From Moniliella sp. 'wahieum' (lineage: Eukaryota), in contig RSEE01000026.1 in assembly GCA_003971905.1 (NCBI GenBank), positions 620,001 to 684,000 of the forward strand: a stretch of 64,000 nt of DNA, read 5' to 3'. The position numbers were made by a program, and so were the translations under genes. Shown in pieces: positions 25,650 through 37,319 of this stretch (position 1 is the stretch's first letter; each line of letters opens with the position of its first letter). The notes below the pieces were generated by a model. It worked only from the letters and a program-made list of their open reading frames with translations, had not been told where the DNA came from and made no database searches.

Positions 25650-27799
25650 GCCGGCGGGGGTGGGGAGGCAGAGGAGGAGGAGGAGGAGAAGGCGAAAGAG
25701 AAGACGGAAGCAGCAAGGCAGGCCAGCAGGCAGAGGCAGAGCTTATAGGGGCGGTGGGCGTGCGAGCGGCGGCTGAGATGGGCGGGCGGAGGCCTGCGAG
25801 CAGCAGACGGGGGCTGTGCAGCCGCCGCCGCATCCCCGATCCCCGATCACCCGTTGCGCATTGCGCATTGCTGAGCCTCAGCGCTCAGGGCTCAGCCTGA
25901 GTGCTCCGCCACTGGCGCCGTGCCCCGCGGCTGCCCTGGCCCCCGCGTGCGCCCCCGCGCCCCACCCGGCACGCACCGACCGCGCCTGCTCGTTGCGGGG
26001 ATGCGCTGTTCAGGCTGAGGCCCATGCACACATGCCCCCGTGCTGCGTCCGCCCGTGGCCAGCGCAGGCCAGCGCGTCTTGTTCGTTACTAATCCCTCTA
26101 ATCGCCGCCGCCACCCACCAGCCCCCCCGCATTCGCCAGCCCCCTCCTCGTCTCCCGCTCGCCCCATCCGCCCAACGCACACAGCCACTGTCGCTAGTCC
26201 GTAGCTATAGTCACGCCTCCTGCCTCCTGCGTCCTGCCATGCCCCCAGGTGGCGCTGGCTGTGGCCGCGCCCATGGCCTCCCCTAGCTCGGCCATCGGCG
26301 CGTCTCCTGTCTCTGTCTTGCGCGGGAAGCTTCCTCCCATGTCCCAGGTGGGCAGCCCCCTAAGCACACGCGCCGCCCAGCCTCAGCCGAAGCATGCGGC
26401 ATGCCAGCAGCCACCTCACGCCTGCCTCGGAGATGCTCGATGTGTGATGTGTGATGCAATGCCGGGCGCACTGCGGAGCACAGTGTCTCGCCCCCGCCGG
26501 CGGCGCCGCGGCCCAGACACGCTCCCCCAGCAGCCCCCCGCACGCCCGCGCCGCGTGTTGCCGGGCGCCTGCGTTCCCACCGCTGTGGCCTGTGGGGGCA
26601 CGACGCAGTGCGCCTCCAGCGCCGTGTGACGTGTGGTGTGCGCATCGCACCACGTAACATGGAACACGATGAACGTACGTTGAACATGCACATTGAGCAC
26701 GTTGAGCGCTGAGCCTCAGCGCCTCAGCGCCTCAGTTAAGCGCAAGCGCTGAGAGTGTTACACGGTACGGCACGGAGGCGTTCCGGCGCTCCAGCGCTCC
26801 CACGCTTGTGTAGGCGCTGCGCCTGCCTCGGTCTCCGCCTCGGCTTGGAGGCGGCCGGAGGGGCTGGCGCTGCTGGGGAACGCAGGGAGCCGGTACTGGG
26901 CACCGATCGTGCGGCCGCTCGCCTCTCTCAAAACGCAGTCTTGCTTCAGCTGAAGCTGAAGGCTGAGAGGCTCAGCTTCTCTCTCATCTCCGCTTGAAGC
27001 TTGAGCGAGCCGCTGGTTGTGACAGACATGTGACCGATGACTCGGTCATCGAGTCATCGGTCATCGGTCATCCCTGGGTATCGAGTATCCGCGCGTCGTT
27101 GCTGCCTGTTCCTCAGGTGATGCAAACCATCTTGCGCGTAAGCCTGGTTGATTAATGATTAATGATTTCGCTCATCTCGGCCGGTGCGCGGCACACAACC
27201 TATATTTCCGGGGCTCCCGACCAACTCCCAGGGGTTACCGGTTACCATAGTTCACTACGACCTGGGCCAGCGCTAAGCAAAATGCACATTCAACGTTCAA
27301 CAGCGTAAGAAAGAATCATGATGCGATCCCACATGTCATGCATCAACATGGACAGGGAACGCACAACAGGGGTATGGGGGCAAACGCTTCGCTTGACAAA
27401 AAAGATAGACAAGTGCCTCCTCCAACCGCCCCGGGACAGCTGAAGGCAAAAAGGCCGTTGCAGTCCGGGTGTACGTCAAGGGCAAATGAAAAAACAAACA
27501 AAAACACATCAAGGAACAGGGTGATTGTCCTGCACAACAAAGTGGGCAAAGAAGAGTAGCAAGTCCATGAGTGGCACAGTTGCCTGAGAATGGGTGGCAC
27601 AGGGTGGTGGGTAGGAAGGATGAGGAAGGACGAGGAAACCAATGGAAAGGAAAGGGAATCAGGTGAAAGGAGAGGAACGGAGAGGAAAGGAGAGGAGAAA
27701 GGAAGAAACGATGGATTGGGAATAATGAGGTTCAGTTCCAAACTGTACGCTGTTGATGATCCTGTTGATGATCGCAATCAACCTAGGCAAGTGGGCCCT

Positions 27800-29076
27800 T
27801 CAAGAAGCACACCCACATGTTAAAATTCTCATGAGAAGCGACGCGTGGTGTGAAGAATCGCCGACTGCGACGGGTGGGGGGAGGGGTGCGGATCCGGGTG
27901 CGGTCTGGGTTTTGGAAAATTGCGCATCGAGCATCGGGCCATCGGGCAAAGCAAGCCTGGTGGCCGTTGGGCCAGCATCGGGGGGTAGAGCGTGATCGCC
28001 AGCGCGTCGGCCGCGAGAACGTGGGTCGTGGAAAGGTTGGTCCTCCGAAAGATGGGTGATCCGCGCCATGGACCGAGGCTGGTGGAGGGATAGGTGATAC
28101 CGGTACGGGTGCGGGTGCTGGAGCAGTGGCAGGAGGCGCATGAGACGAAGAGGGACCATTTGTACTCAGGGCCCATCCAATCATACTGCTCATCTTCCAC
28201 CTCGCCTTGGTTCCTCAGTACTTGGCAAACAGTTCTCGCAAGAAATCGTAGTCGGGCTCTTCATCAAACCCGAGTTTGCGACGTAGTTGAGGTAGATGGC
28301 AAATTCCTCCGGGTAACCTTCGCACAGGTCCCGAATCGGTGTCGTTTGCTTCTTCTCTCCAATCTTTTCGTACCGTTGTTTGTGGGTGTTGGCCTTGAGA
28401 CCCTGCCAGGGGAGCGCACCACGGAGAAAGTACATGAAAACATGACCCAAGGACTCTAGGTCGTCCGTCGTGACTGTTCACGACCCAAGTGCGTGTTGAT
28501 GGACATGTAGCGTGCAGTACCAGAAAGGGACTTGCGCTCCCGGTACGGAATGTGTACCTTGGTCTTGGGGTCGCGGGTAGAGTTTGGCCATGCCAAGGTC
28601 GATAATGTGGACGACGTTGGCGTGACGGGTGCCAGGTCGGCCGATGAGAAAGTTGTCAGGCTTCACGTCGCGGTAGATAAGATTCTTTTCGTGGACCGTC
28701 TGAATCCGTGTGATCATCTGACGCGCCGTCATGCATACTGTTTTGACCGAGAAGCGGCGACCACACATGTCAAACAGATCTTCCAGCGATGGGCCGAGCA
28801 GGTCAATAACAAGAATGTTGTGCATGCCCTCCTGGCCAAAGTAGTAGACTTGAGGCACCCCAAGGCAGTTGGACAAGATCTTATACGAGCGGTACTCGTC
28901 CGCGCTGGGGTGCTTCACTCTTACGCGGCTCGAACTTGATGGCGACCGTCTGGCTGTTGAGCAAGTTGGTGCCCTCGTATGACACCAAACGAGCCTTCGC
29001 CGATCCTCGGTCCAACACGGTAGTGGACCCCGACAACGGAGGACGTGGATCCCGAGTAGGCTGCATGCGATGCCAT
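27800..29076 (-). CDS. Casein kinase I, Yck/CK1-gamma type (frameshifted)
   Basis: [108 protein letters not shown]-terminal ILTCGCAS*. Confidence 0.93.
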
Positions 29077-30058
29077 GCGGGGCAAGACGAGGGAGGGAAG
29101 CCGAGGCGATTGGTATACGGGGAGGCGGGGGAGAGGGATAGAGGAAGGGGGGGAGGTGGAGAGGAGAGGGTGAGGGTAGAGAGGAGTGGGTGGTGATGGC
29201 AGAGGTGGTAGCAGAGGTGGTGGCGGAGGTGGCGGCAGGAGGAGTTGAAGCATGGAGCACCGCCAGGACACGCCCCCCACCGCGCTGTTGCCAGCCAAAA
29301 ACTAACTCAACCCAACGTGCAACGGGTCTCCTAGTCATTCATTGGTCACGCATGTCCATCACCACCTTGTCACGCTGTCACCCTGTCGCCGACAAGCCAA
29401 TCGCCACCGATCGGCTCGACGCCACGTGGCCACTCTGGCTTCCCCCGCACTGGCCAACCTCGGTGCGCGTCCCTCGCTCCGGCCCACGTTCCGAGCCTGC
29501 CCTCCCTCGTTCCGCTCTCAGATATTCAGATCTCATCGACATCTCAGATCATCGATCACATGCAACCGATCATCGATCTCAGCGCCCCGGCGCTCTCAGC
29601 TTCAAGCTTCAACGTTTCAACAGCAGCATCATCGCTCGTCACGCGTCACGCGTCACTGCTCTCACGCGCCCCCGCCTCGCTTCTACCTATTCCTCTACCT
29701 GCACAGCACACACACGTCGGCCTTCTCCCGAGTCATGTCCAAACCTTATCCATCGGCTGCCAGAACAGAGGGTATGGTGATCTCAACTGAACCAACCGCC
29801 TCCTCGGGAAGCATCACCACCGCTATGCCCAGCCCGTCTTTCCTGTACTCATTTACTGTACTGGAGATAGCATCGGCGTGGCGACGGGTCCTCTATATGT
29901 AGGAACAGAGCAGGCGGCCATGACTCACACCTCTCCAGAGCGGTCGAGTCGACGCATTAATATTGGTATAGCGATAAAAAAGGGACAGCGCCCACGCGCA
30001 CCTGGCAAGAGTCTTCACGCACGAGTACGCATCTTGACGTCGACAGTGGCCGAGGCAC

Positions 30059-30737
30059 TTAGTTGATGAACTGCGACGCGAGCGAGCCGAGGCCACCAGC
30101 CTCGTTTGCAGCTGCAAGTCCATCCGAGTTAGTATCATGGACAAAATAGAAACCCAAGAGAAAAGAGAAAAGAGAAAAGAGAAAACAAGAAGCGTACCTT
30201 CTGCTTCATGACCATCTTCATGACGTACTCGCCAGCTTGCTGGACCGCCTGGTTCTTAGATGCCTCCGAGATGAGGCCTTGAGCCTGCTTCGACTCAAAG
30301 ATGTCCGACGCATGCGACATGGCGACACACCCATCAACTTGGACTGGAGATCGCCGCCTTGTTGGTTGTTACCGCTGTTGCCGCTGTTGCTGTTGCCGAG
30401 AACAGACTGGATGGCCTGGACGGCGGCCGAAGCACCAATCTGGTTCGAGTTGACCTGCTGGTTGCCCTGGACAGCAGCATGGGCATCCTTCATCTCGCCC
30501 GCGCTCGGGTGGTCGCCCTGGGCAATCTGGTCATGGTTCGACAAAGCGACGAAGCAATGGCACTGAACTGGCTGGCATCCGTGTTGCCATTCTGGTGGTT
30601 GGCCGCCGCATTGACGAGGTTGCCCAGGTTAAAGCCACCAGCCGAGCCACCCTGGCTCTGCTGGCCCTGCTGGCCCTGTTGGCCTTGCTGGCCTTGCTGC
30701 TGCACGAAGGACGAGCGGCGTTGACGAGGTTCTCCAT
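30059..30737 (-). CDS. Beta-flanking-protein family small Gln/Gly/Asn-rich protein; intron 30112-30197
   Basis: QIGASAAVQAIQSVLG...LQSKLMG..AMSHASDIFE...KNQAVQQAGEYVMKM, last exon GGLGSLASQFIN*. Resembles basidiomycete beta-flanking proteins. GTACGC...TACTAAC...CAG intron. Confidence 0.7.
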
Positions 30738-31288
30738 GGTAAACGGGGAGGTGGCGTGAGGGGAGGGAAACGACCGGGGTGCGGCGGCTTGGCGGCCCTT
30801 TTAAGGCTACGACGAGAACGAATGGCTGGGTCCTTCTCAGTCGATTTGGCCAGGGCGGCGCCGGGGCAGGTGCTGTGAGCTGCCTGTTGCCCAGGGTCCG
30901 CGCTTCCAAGGCCAAGGGGCAGGGCTGGTGCGTGAGTGCAAGCGTGCACAGCCTCCCTGATGCAGAGAGTGCGCACAGACCTCCACACACTGCCCCCTGG
31001 CCATAGGCTGTGCTCCAATGTTTGTAGACGCCACGTAGCCGCTGCTGCTTCGGCACAGACTGCCCCTGTGCCTACCTTCCAATCGCTGCTGCGTCCGAGC
31101 AGTGAGAACAGTGCTAGCCACCAGAACGCCCCGGTGCCGCGCCAAATAACGCATCACACACCGCCTGCCACACTGCCCGTGTACGAGCGATGCCCCAATC
31201 ACCATAGTGGAGCAGCCGAACGCAGCTGAACGCCGCTGAATATGCTGAATGTACCGCCTGGACGTGCGCACTAAGTACTAAATGCTGG

Positions 31289-31352
31289 TCACCGGTCATC
31301 GATCACTAGTCACTAGCTAGTAAGTCACTAGTCACTAGTCACTCAGTACTCA
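31289..31352. repeat. Mixed heptamer array TCA+palindromic tetramer
   Basis: TCA CCGG TCA TCGA TCA CTAG TCA CTAG ... TCA CTAG TCA CTAG TCA C TCA GTAC TCA. Confidence 0.9.
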
Positions 31353-32690
31353 CTATCACTAACCCCCGGGCACTCTCTTCCACCCACCCACCACCAACAC
31401 GGCGCGCTCCTTTGTCCTTCCAATGCCCTCCCTCTTGGTGTCTGCATGTGCTCGCGCTTGAAATCAGGCGCCCGGGCGCTGATAGCGCTGATAGCTATGA
31501 ATATATGAATCAGCAACAAGTGCATTCGGGCACTTGCAAATTGCATGAGGCTCCTGAGGCTCTCAGGGACAAGAGTGTTTTTACAGTCTGTGAACTTCAA
31601 GCTTCAAGCTTCACTAGCTTCACTGTTCGGTCAGACTCTTGTTGAATGGGTAGATTTTGGCTTGGCGTGGGTATTGCGCGCACGTGTACGTCCCCATCAG
31701 TAATGTAGTCCTCTCACCGTGGGTTCGCCCACGGTTCGCCGGATGATCGATGATCTCAGAGGGAGACCCAAGAATGTGAGTGGTGAATCTCTGGAGCAGA
31801 GTAGACCAATGCAATGGCGATGGTGGTGGGTGGGATGTCGGCGAAGCCTGAGTCGCTCAGGCCCAGGTCGATGCCTCATGCATAGGATGCAGCACACACC
31901 TCTGCCCCCGTGTGTAAACTGCTGCTCAAAAGCAAGGTTCTGTGACCTAAGAATACAGGGGTGTGCCTTTGGGCGGCGTCTACGATCGAAGATCGAGACC
32001 TGGGCGTGTGACGTCATAGCAAGGATGGACGCTGGGCAAGCGCGGGCGCCTGGGCAGGCTAGGCAGGGCAGGTAGGTGCAGGCCGTGGGTACTGCCCCTA
32101 CGTTGGCATCAAACGGAAGGCGGTGCGCTGCTGGTGGGGACAAGGGGGGCGAGCGGGGGCAGGGAGGGCGGATGACATGGACATACGATACGTGCGAGGC
32201 AGTTTTGCCTGGGATGTATGGCCACTGCGGCAGCCCCGCAGCAGGGCGCCAGTGTAGTGGCTCTTTCCCCAAGGCTTTGGGTGTGGTGGGGTTGGATGCG
32301 GGGGAGCCAAGACACTCGCTAAACGACGTGCATCGCACAGAGCCCAACCAGTCCAGCCCCCCCTCTATTGTCGTCCTGCCCCTCTCGCCTCGACCTCATC
32401 CCCTGCTCTTTTCCCCGCAGCACCCGATTCGCACCCGTGCCTGTTTCGTCACTCGGTCCCAGACGCCCCGTCGGCCCCCACCGGCCCTCTTTTCGCAGGG
32501 GAGCCCCAGCGCACAGCACGCCCACACACCCCAAGTTCACGACCATTGCGCCAATAATACCGCACCCCCTCCCTGCACATAGCCACCCTATATCCATAGC
32601 CCAGAGCCCTGTCTGCGTCAACGTTCACCACAGTCCCTGCCCACGCCTCCCCACTCTGATCGGCCTCCTCTGCCTCCTGCCTTCACCTTG

Positions 32691-34411
32691 ATGGAACCTG
32701 CGCCCCCTCCGCCTCTGTCCTCGGCATACAGCACACATCCCGCCCCTTTACCCGCCTGGACCGGTCTCCCCTCCCCGCCCAGTCCTGGTGCTTGCCCCCG
32801 CGCGGCATGCTCTTCGCCCTTTCTGAGGATGCCTGTCTCCATCAACAACCGCTTACCAATGCCACCGAACCCAACACCTTCAGCCCCCGATCTTCCCGCC
32901 TTCCCTCTGACGTGCCTCCCCACGTACCCACTGGCATATCGTCTCCTGTGTCTCCTGTCTCCAGAGATGGGAATGGCCATCGACCCCGCCTGCCCTCCCT
33001 CAGCGACCTGGGAGCCCCTTGGCCCGATCCAAATCCAAGGCCGTTTCCCTTGCCCGTCCACCCTCCCGACACTGCGACCGCACACCTTCCCGCCCCTCTG
33101 CCCCTCTGCCCGGCCATTGTCATGCCCATAACAGCGACCTTGTCAGCGGAGAACCCCCAGGCCGCTTGCTACGTGGGTCCCAACCAATCGGGCCTGGACG
33201 AGGGGCTCAGGTTCCTGTTCTGACGGAGAATCCGAGCGCCCCGAGCGATCCCCCGACTTGCCTTCTCCCTGCGCCTGCGCCTGTACTCCACTCCACCTGG
33301 CCCAGGCAACCGCGGCTCCAACGCCCTCGCTCTGAATCAGTGGGAAATGGAAAGAGGATGGGAGAATGGGAGTGGTTCCCCGCTTGATGCGTCCGAGCCC
33401 GCGGCTGCTCCTGGCCCTGCCCATCAGCAGTCTAAGCGCAAGCGCGGCCCGAGCCAGCCTGGCGCCCATCCGCATCTGTCCTGGCCCTCGCCCTACTCCG
33501 GCTCCGGCCCAGCGCCAGGTCCTACGGGACAAGGCGAGGCGAGGAGTGGAATGGATGCAGCTCAGGCGGACGAAACTCTTACCTCTTCCTCTTACGGTTG
33601 GACAAGGTCCTTTGTCACGAGGACGAACGCGCTTCGCTCCCAGGTACCAGCGAAGTTCAATTCGGACTTGCTTCCTGGGCGCCGAGGGCGAGGCGGTATC
33701 GCTTGGCCTTGGACCTGGCCCAGATCACACCAGCGGTACAACAAGGACGGGTACCGGCGCAGGTAGCCCAGGCTCTGTACCAGAGCCAAGTGTGTCCCCA
33801 GGAATGGAACAGCCGCATCTCACCCAGTTGCGCAACGAAGTCTTGTCGGGCACCCGGCCGGACCTGGCACGTCATTACCTCGCCAAGATCGTGGCGATGA
33901 AGGTGGACGAGCAGCAGGAGAAGGAAGGGGAAGCACAGGCGCAAGATCAAGCGCAAGCTGAGAACGGGGCAAGTAAACGGTTGACGGCCGCACAACGAAA
34001 GGCCAACCATTTGGCCTCCGAGTCCAAACGCAGATCCAACATTCGTAGAGGGTACCAAGGCTTGGTGAGTCGTGTCCCTTGTCTCCGTGATAAGATCGAT
34101 GGTGACGTTAAGGTGGGCATCGCGAACGAGGTCAACTACTTGGTTCAATGTACGCTTGTCCTCTCTCCCTCTTCTCGCTTCCTCTCCTGCTAGGTATATC
34201 CTGCCAGAACTGGGCAAAGAACAGGAACTGACATTCTATGCACGCGGGGGGTTGGTGTATGTGGATAGCCTTGGCCTACATGCGTTCTCAGGTGGAAAAG
34301 CACACGTTTCTTCTTGCTCGTCGGGAGCACCTTCAACTATGTCTTGGTCAACTGTATGGGGTGGACTTGCGAGCAAAAAGTATTCCCTGTGACGCTTCCT
34401 TGGGCCAGTAG
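32691..34411 (+). CDS. bHLH transcription factor (Ino4/Mlx-like); intron 34150-34268; start uncertain
   Basis: KRLTAAQRKANHLASESKRRSNIRRGYQGLVSRVPCL basic/helix 1. Splicing GTACGC...ACTGAC...TAG gives VNYLVQSLAYMRSQVEKHTFLLARREHLQ (helix 2/zipper), stop at 34409-34411. Confidence 0.75.
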
Positions 34412-36661
34412 GTTTGAGGATTGGCGAGAGAAATTGGCATTCCATCCCTGCGCCTCTCTGGCCTTCCTACTCTGCCGATGTTCCTTTCTCTTCCGCGGAG
34501 GTCCGTGACATGTGACACCGGATGCACGCCGTACCACAGAGGTATGCCCCTATGAGACGCTCCTTGGCTGCCAAGTCGAGCACGCTTTGCTGCCCAACCC
34601 AAGTCGGGCAAGCTCAGTCCTTGGTCCAACTCGAACCTGGCTTTGGGGTGGCCGCTATCGCCCGATACCTCGATCTTGGTTTTGGAACAGCGCAAGGCAA
34701 AGAACCAGGGCGGATGGGTGTGCCCGCAACGCCTAGTGCCTAATGCATCATGTGCATAATGTATCTGGGGATGGACGTGCCGGAGGCTCAGGCCTGACGC
34801 CCACAACATATAACATGCAATATGTAGGATGTAACATGTAGCACTCAGCACTCGCTATTCTCTCTTCCTTGCCACACTCCTCTTTGTGGCCTGGCGCTGT
34901 CGAGTGCGTCTCTGACACGGCTGGGAACATTCAGTCTCTAGGTGGTTGCACGACGTGGAAAAAATGAGGAAGCTGTGGGACCTGTGAGGCTCAGGCCTGA
35001 TGTCACGTGTCATGCATCATGGGGTTCCCCACGGCGGCCTGCGTGTCGTCTGGCGTGGATGGACAGCAAGCGGGGTGGTAGTGGTGTGCATCTGGTCCGG
35101 CTCGCGCCACGCGCCACGCGACGGAGGGGCTCGCATGATGCATGATGTGTGATGCATGATGGATGGTCGGGAGATTCTGGAGATGCAATCGCGCTGCGTT
35201 CGGCGGTCGGTAGGGATTGGGACGTCGATGGCGTGGATACGGTGCGGCCGGACCGGGGACTGGTATAGGTATAGGCTCCTGGAGCAGACGCAAACGACGC
35301 AAGAAACAGGGAGTGGGATGGGTATGAAAGGTGCGCGTTGCATCAGGCCCAGGAATCAGTTACTCAGTTACTACTAGTTGTTACTCAGGTGAGGACGGTG
35401 AGAGTACTCTGACTCTCAGGACTGAGCCAGCACTCAGCACTCGAGCCGGACTCAGCAGTACTCACTCACTCAGTACTCCATGGAGCCGACTTGCTGCGCA
35501 TCATTTGATGGATGGCACGGTCGATGGTCGATGGCTGGTTACGATTCTAATATGGTTGACGACGCTTGGCCTCTTGCTTTGCTCGGGGGCAGGTACCCTG
35601 GGGCATTCATACCATGTCGATCCATGTCCGTCGACGATCGTCCACCTCGTCGGCCCAGAGCCGATATTGTCAGCGCATTCAAGAACGGTGCCAGTGAGCG
35701 TTGAGAGCATGCTCACAACTCAGCCACTCGCCTCAGCCGCAACGCCGCCGCATCTCGCCGGTGCTGTGCATGGGGGGGACGAAACAGGACGGAACTGGCC
35801 GGGGGGGCGGAAGGTGCGGATGCGCGGACGAGCAGAGCCAGAGCAACCGGAGCAGGTCAGATCTCAGAGCAGGTCAGAGCAGGACAGGGCGCGGTGCAAA
35901 AGGCCGCTTCAGCATGCAGTGCTGCAGCAGCGCTCCAGCACAGCGCGCCTGCGCTGCGCCAGTGGTGGGTGGGTGTAGCAGATCCCCGTGATCAATGTTC
36001 GCTGTGGCCCCGTGCGTGGGTGGCAATGGACGATCGGTGGCCAAGCGTACTGCCGGTCTGCCCCGCCACTACCCACTAGCCACTACCATGGAATTCCGAG
36101 CACCCTGGTGTCAGATGCATGTCAGAGAGGTCGCTCCCATCGGGCATCACATGCATCACCCATCCCATCGCCATGCATCATCCTCCACATCGTCCACCAC
36201 GACGGCACAGGTGCCTGGACGTGGTCGCACTGTGCATGCATCCTGCTGCCTGCGGCATGCAACCCTTGCAGCGCCAGTCCACTCTGCTCCGACGGCCCAA
36301 TGGGCGGTGTGCCACGCCGGTGGCCACTTGCTGCCCCCACCCTTTACGGCCGGCGTGGCGTCCGCCAAGCGCTGCACAACCGCCCAGTTCCCGCCGCCCT
36401 CTGACCACACTGGCCCGCCCACTCACACTGCCCTTGTGCCACATCCTCGTGTTCAGGCGCTCACGAGCTCTCACTCCTGCCTCACTAGCGTCGCCTGGGC
36501 GCCGCGTTGGGCCTGCGCTTATAGCGTGTAGCTGCTGCCTAGCGCAAGTAGCCGACCCCCTTCGCCGCTTTCTTGCTCAACCACCACCACCGTCGTACGC
36601 GCTCCCCTACCTTCCTCCCCACACACTCGTTTCCCACCCACCACACTCTTTACCAGCAGCC

Positions 36662-37319
36662 ATGCGTTTCACCTTCCTTTTCGCCGCTCTCGCCGCCGCG
36701 CGGCCGTGTTCGCCAGCACCTCGCCGACCAGATCGGCACCATCCCGGCTTTCCTCCAGCTGCAGCACCAGGCCTTTGAAGGCACCTCGATGCCTCCCAGC
36801 GCAACCGAGTTTGCCCAGCTTGCCACCCAGATCCACAACCGGAACTCCAAGTCGCTTTCTTCCTGACTGGCTCACGGACAGGCCAAGCAACTGGTGCAAG
36901 ACCTGCTCAACGATCCTTTACCACCGTCAAGCATTGAGGCTAAGCTCTCGGCTCGTGCGGGCATTGAAGACGAGCTGGCCAGCGACAGATCACTGCGTCT
37001 GGGGCCGCCAAGGAGATTGGGCTGGTGCCGTCGTTCATTCTGCTCAACCAGGAGGCCTCCAAGCCCGATGCGTCGCCCGCGGCGGTCGAGGCGCTTGTTC
37101 AACAAGGTCTTACCATGCTTTCCAGGGGTACAAGAAGGGTTCTCTCAAGGTCCTCCTCGGCACCGACACGAAGGGCACTGAGTTTTGTGGCCAAGATTGT
37201 TCGTGCCAAGTCGGAGGCCAAGACGCCCTCGGCCCGCAACGTCAAGCCTGCTTTCTCTCTCCAACGACTCGGCGCGCCAAGCCCGCCGCGCCTACCTTGC
37301 TCGTCGTCGTGCAATCTAA
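36662..37319 (+). CDS. Putative secreted protein with two internal repeats (frameshifted)
   Basis: Signal peptide MRFTFLFAALAAA..; repeats ADQIGTIPAFLQLQHQA and AKEIGLVPSFILLNQEA; basic C-terminus ARRAYLARRRAI*. Confidence 0.6.

Noticed and set aside
30059..34411. Mating-type (HD or P/R) locus suggested by the beta-flanking gene
   Set aside because: No homeodomain (WFxNxR), pheromone precursor or STE3-like receptor was found; the neighbouring regulator is a bHLH.
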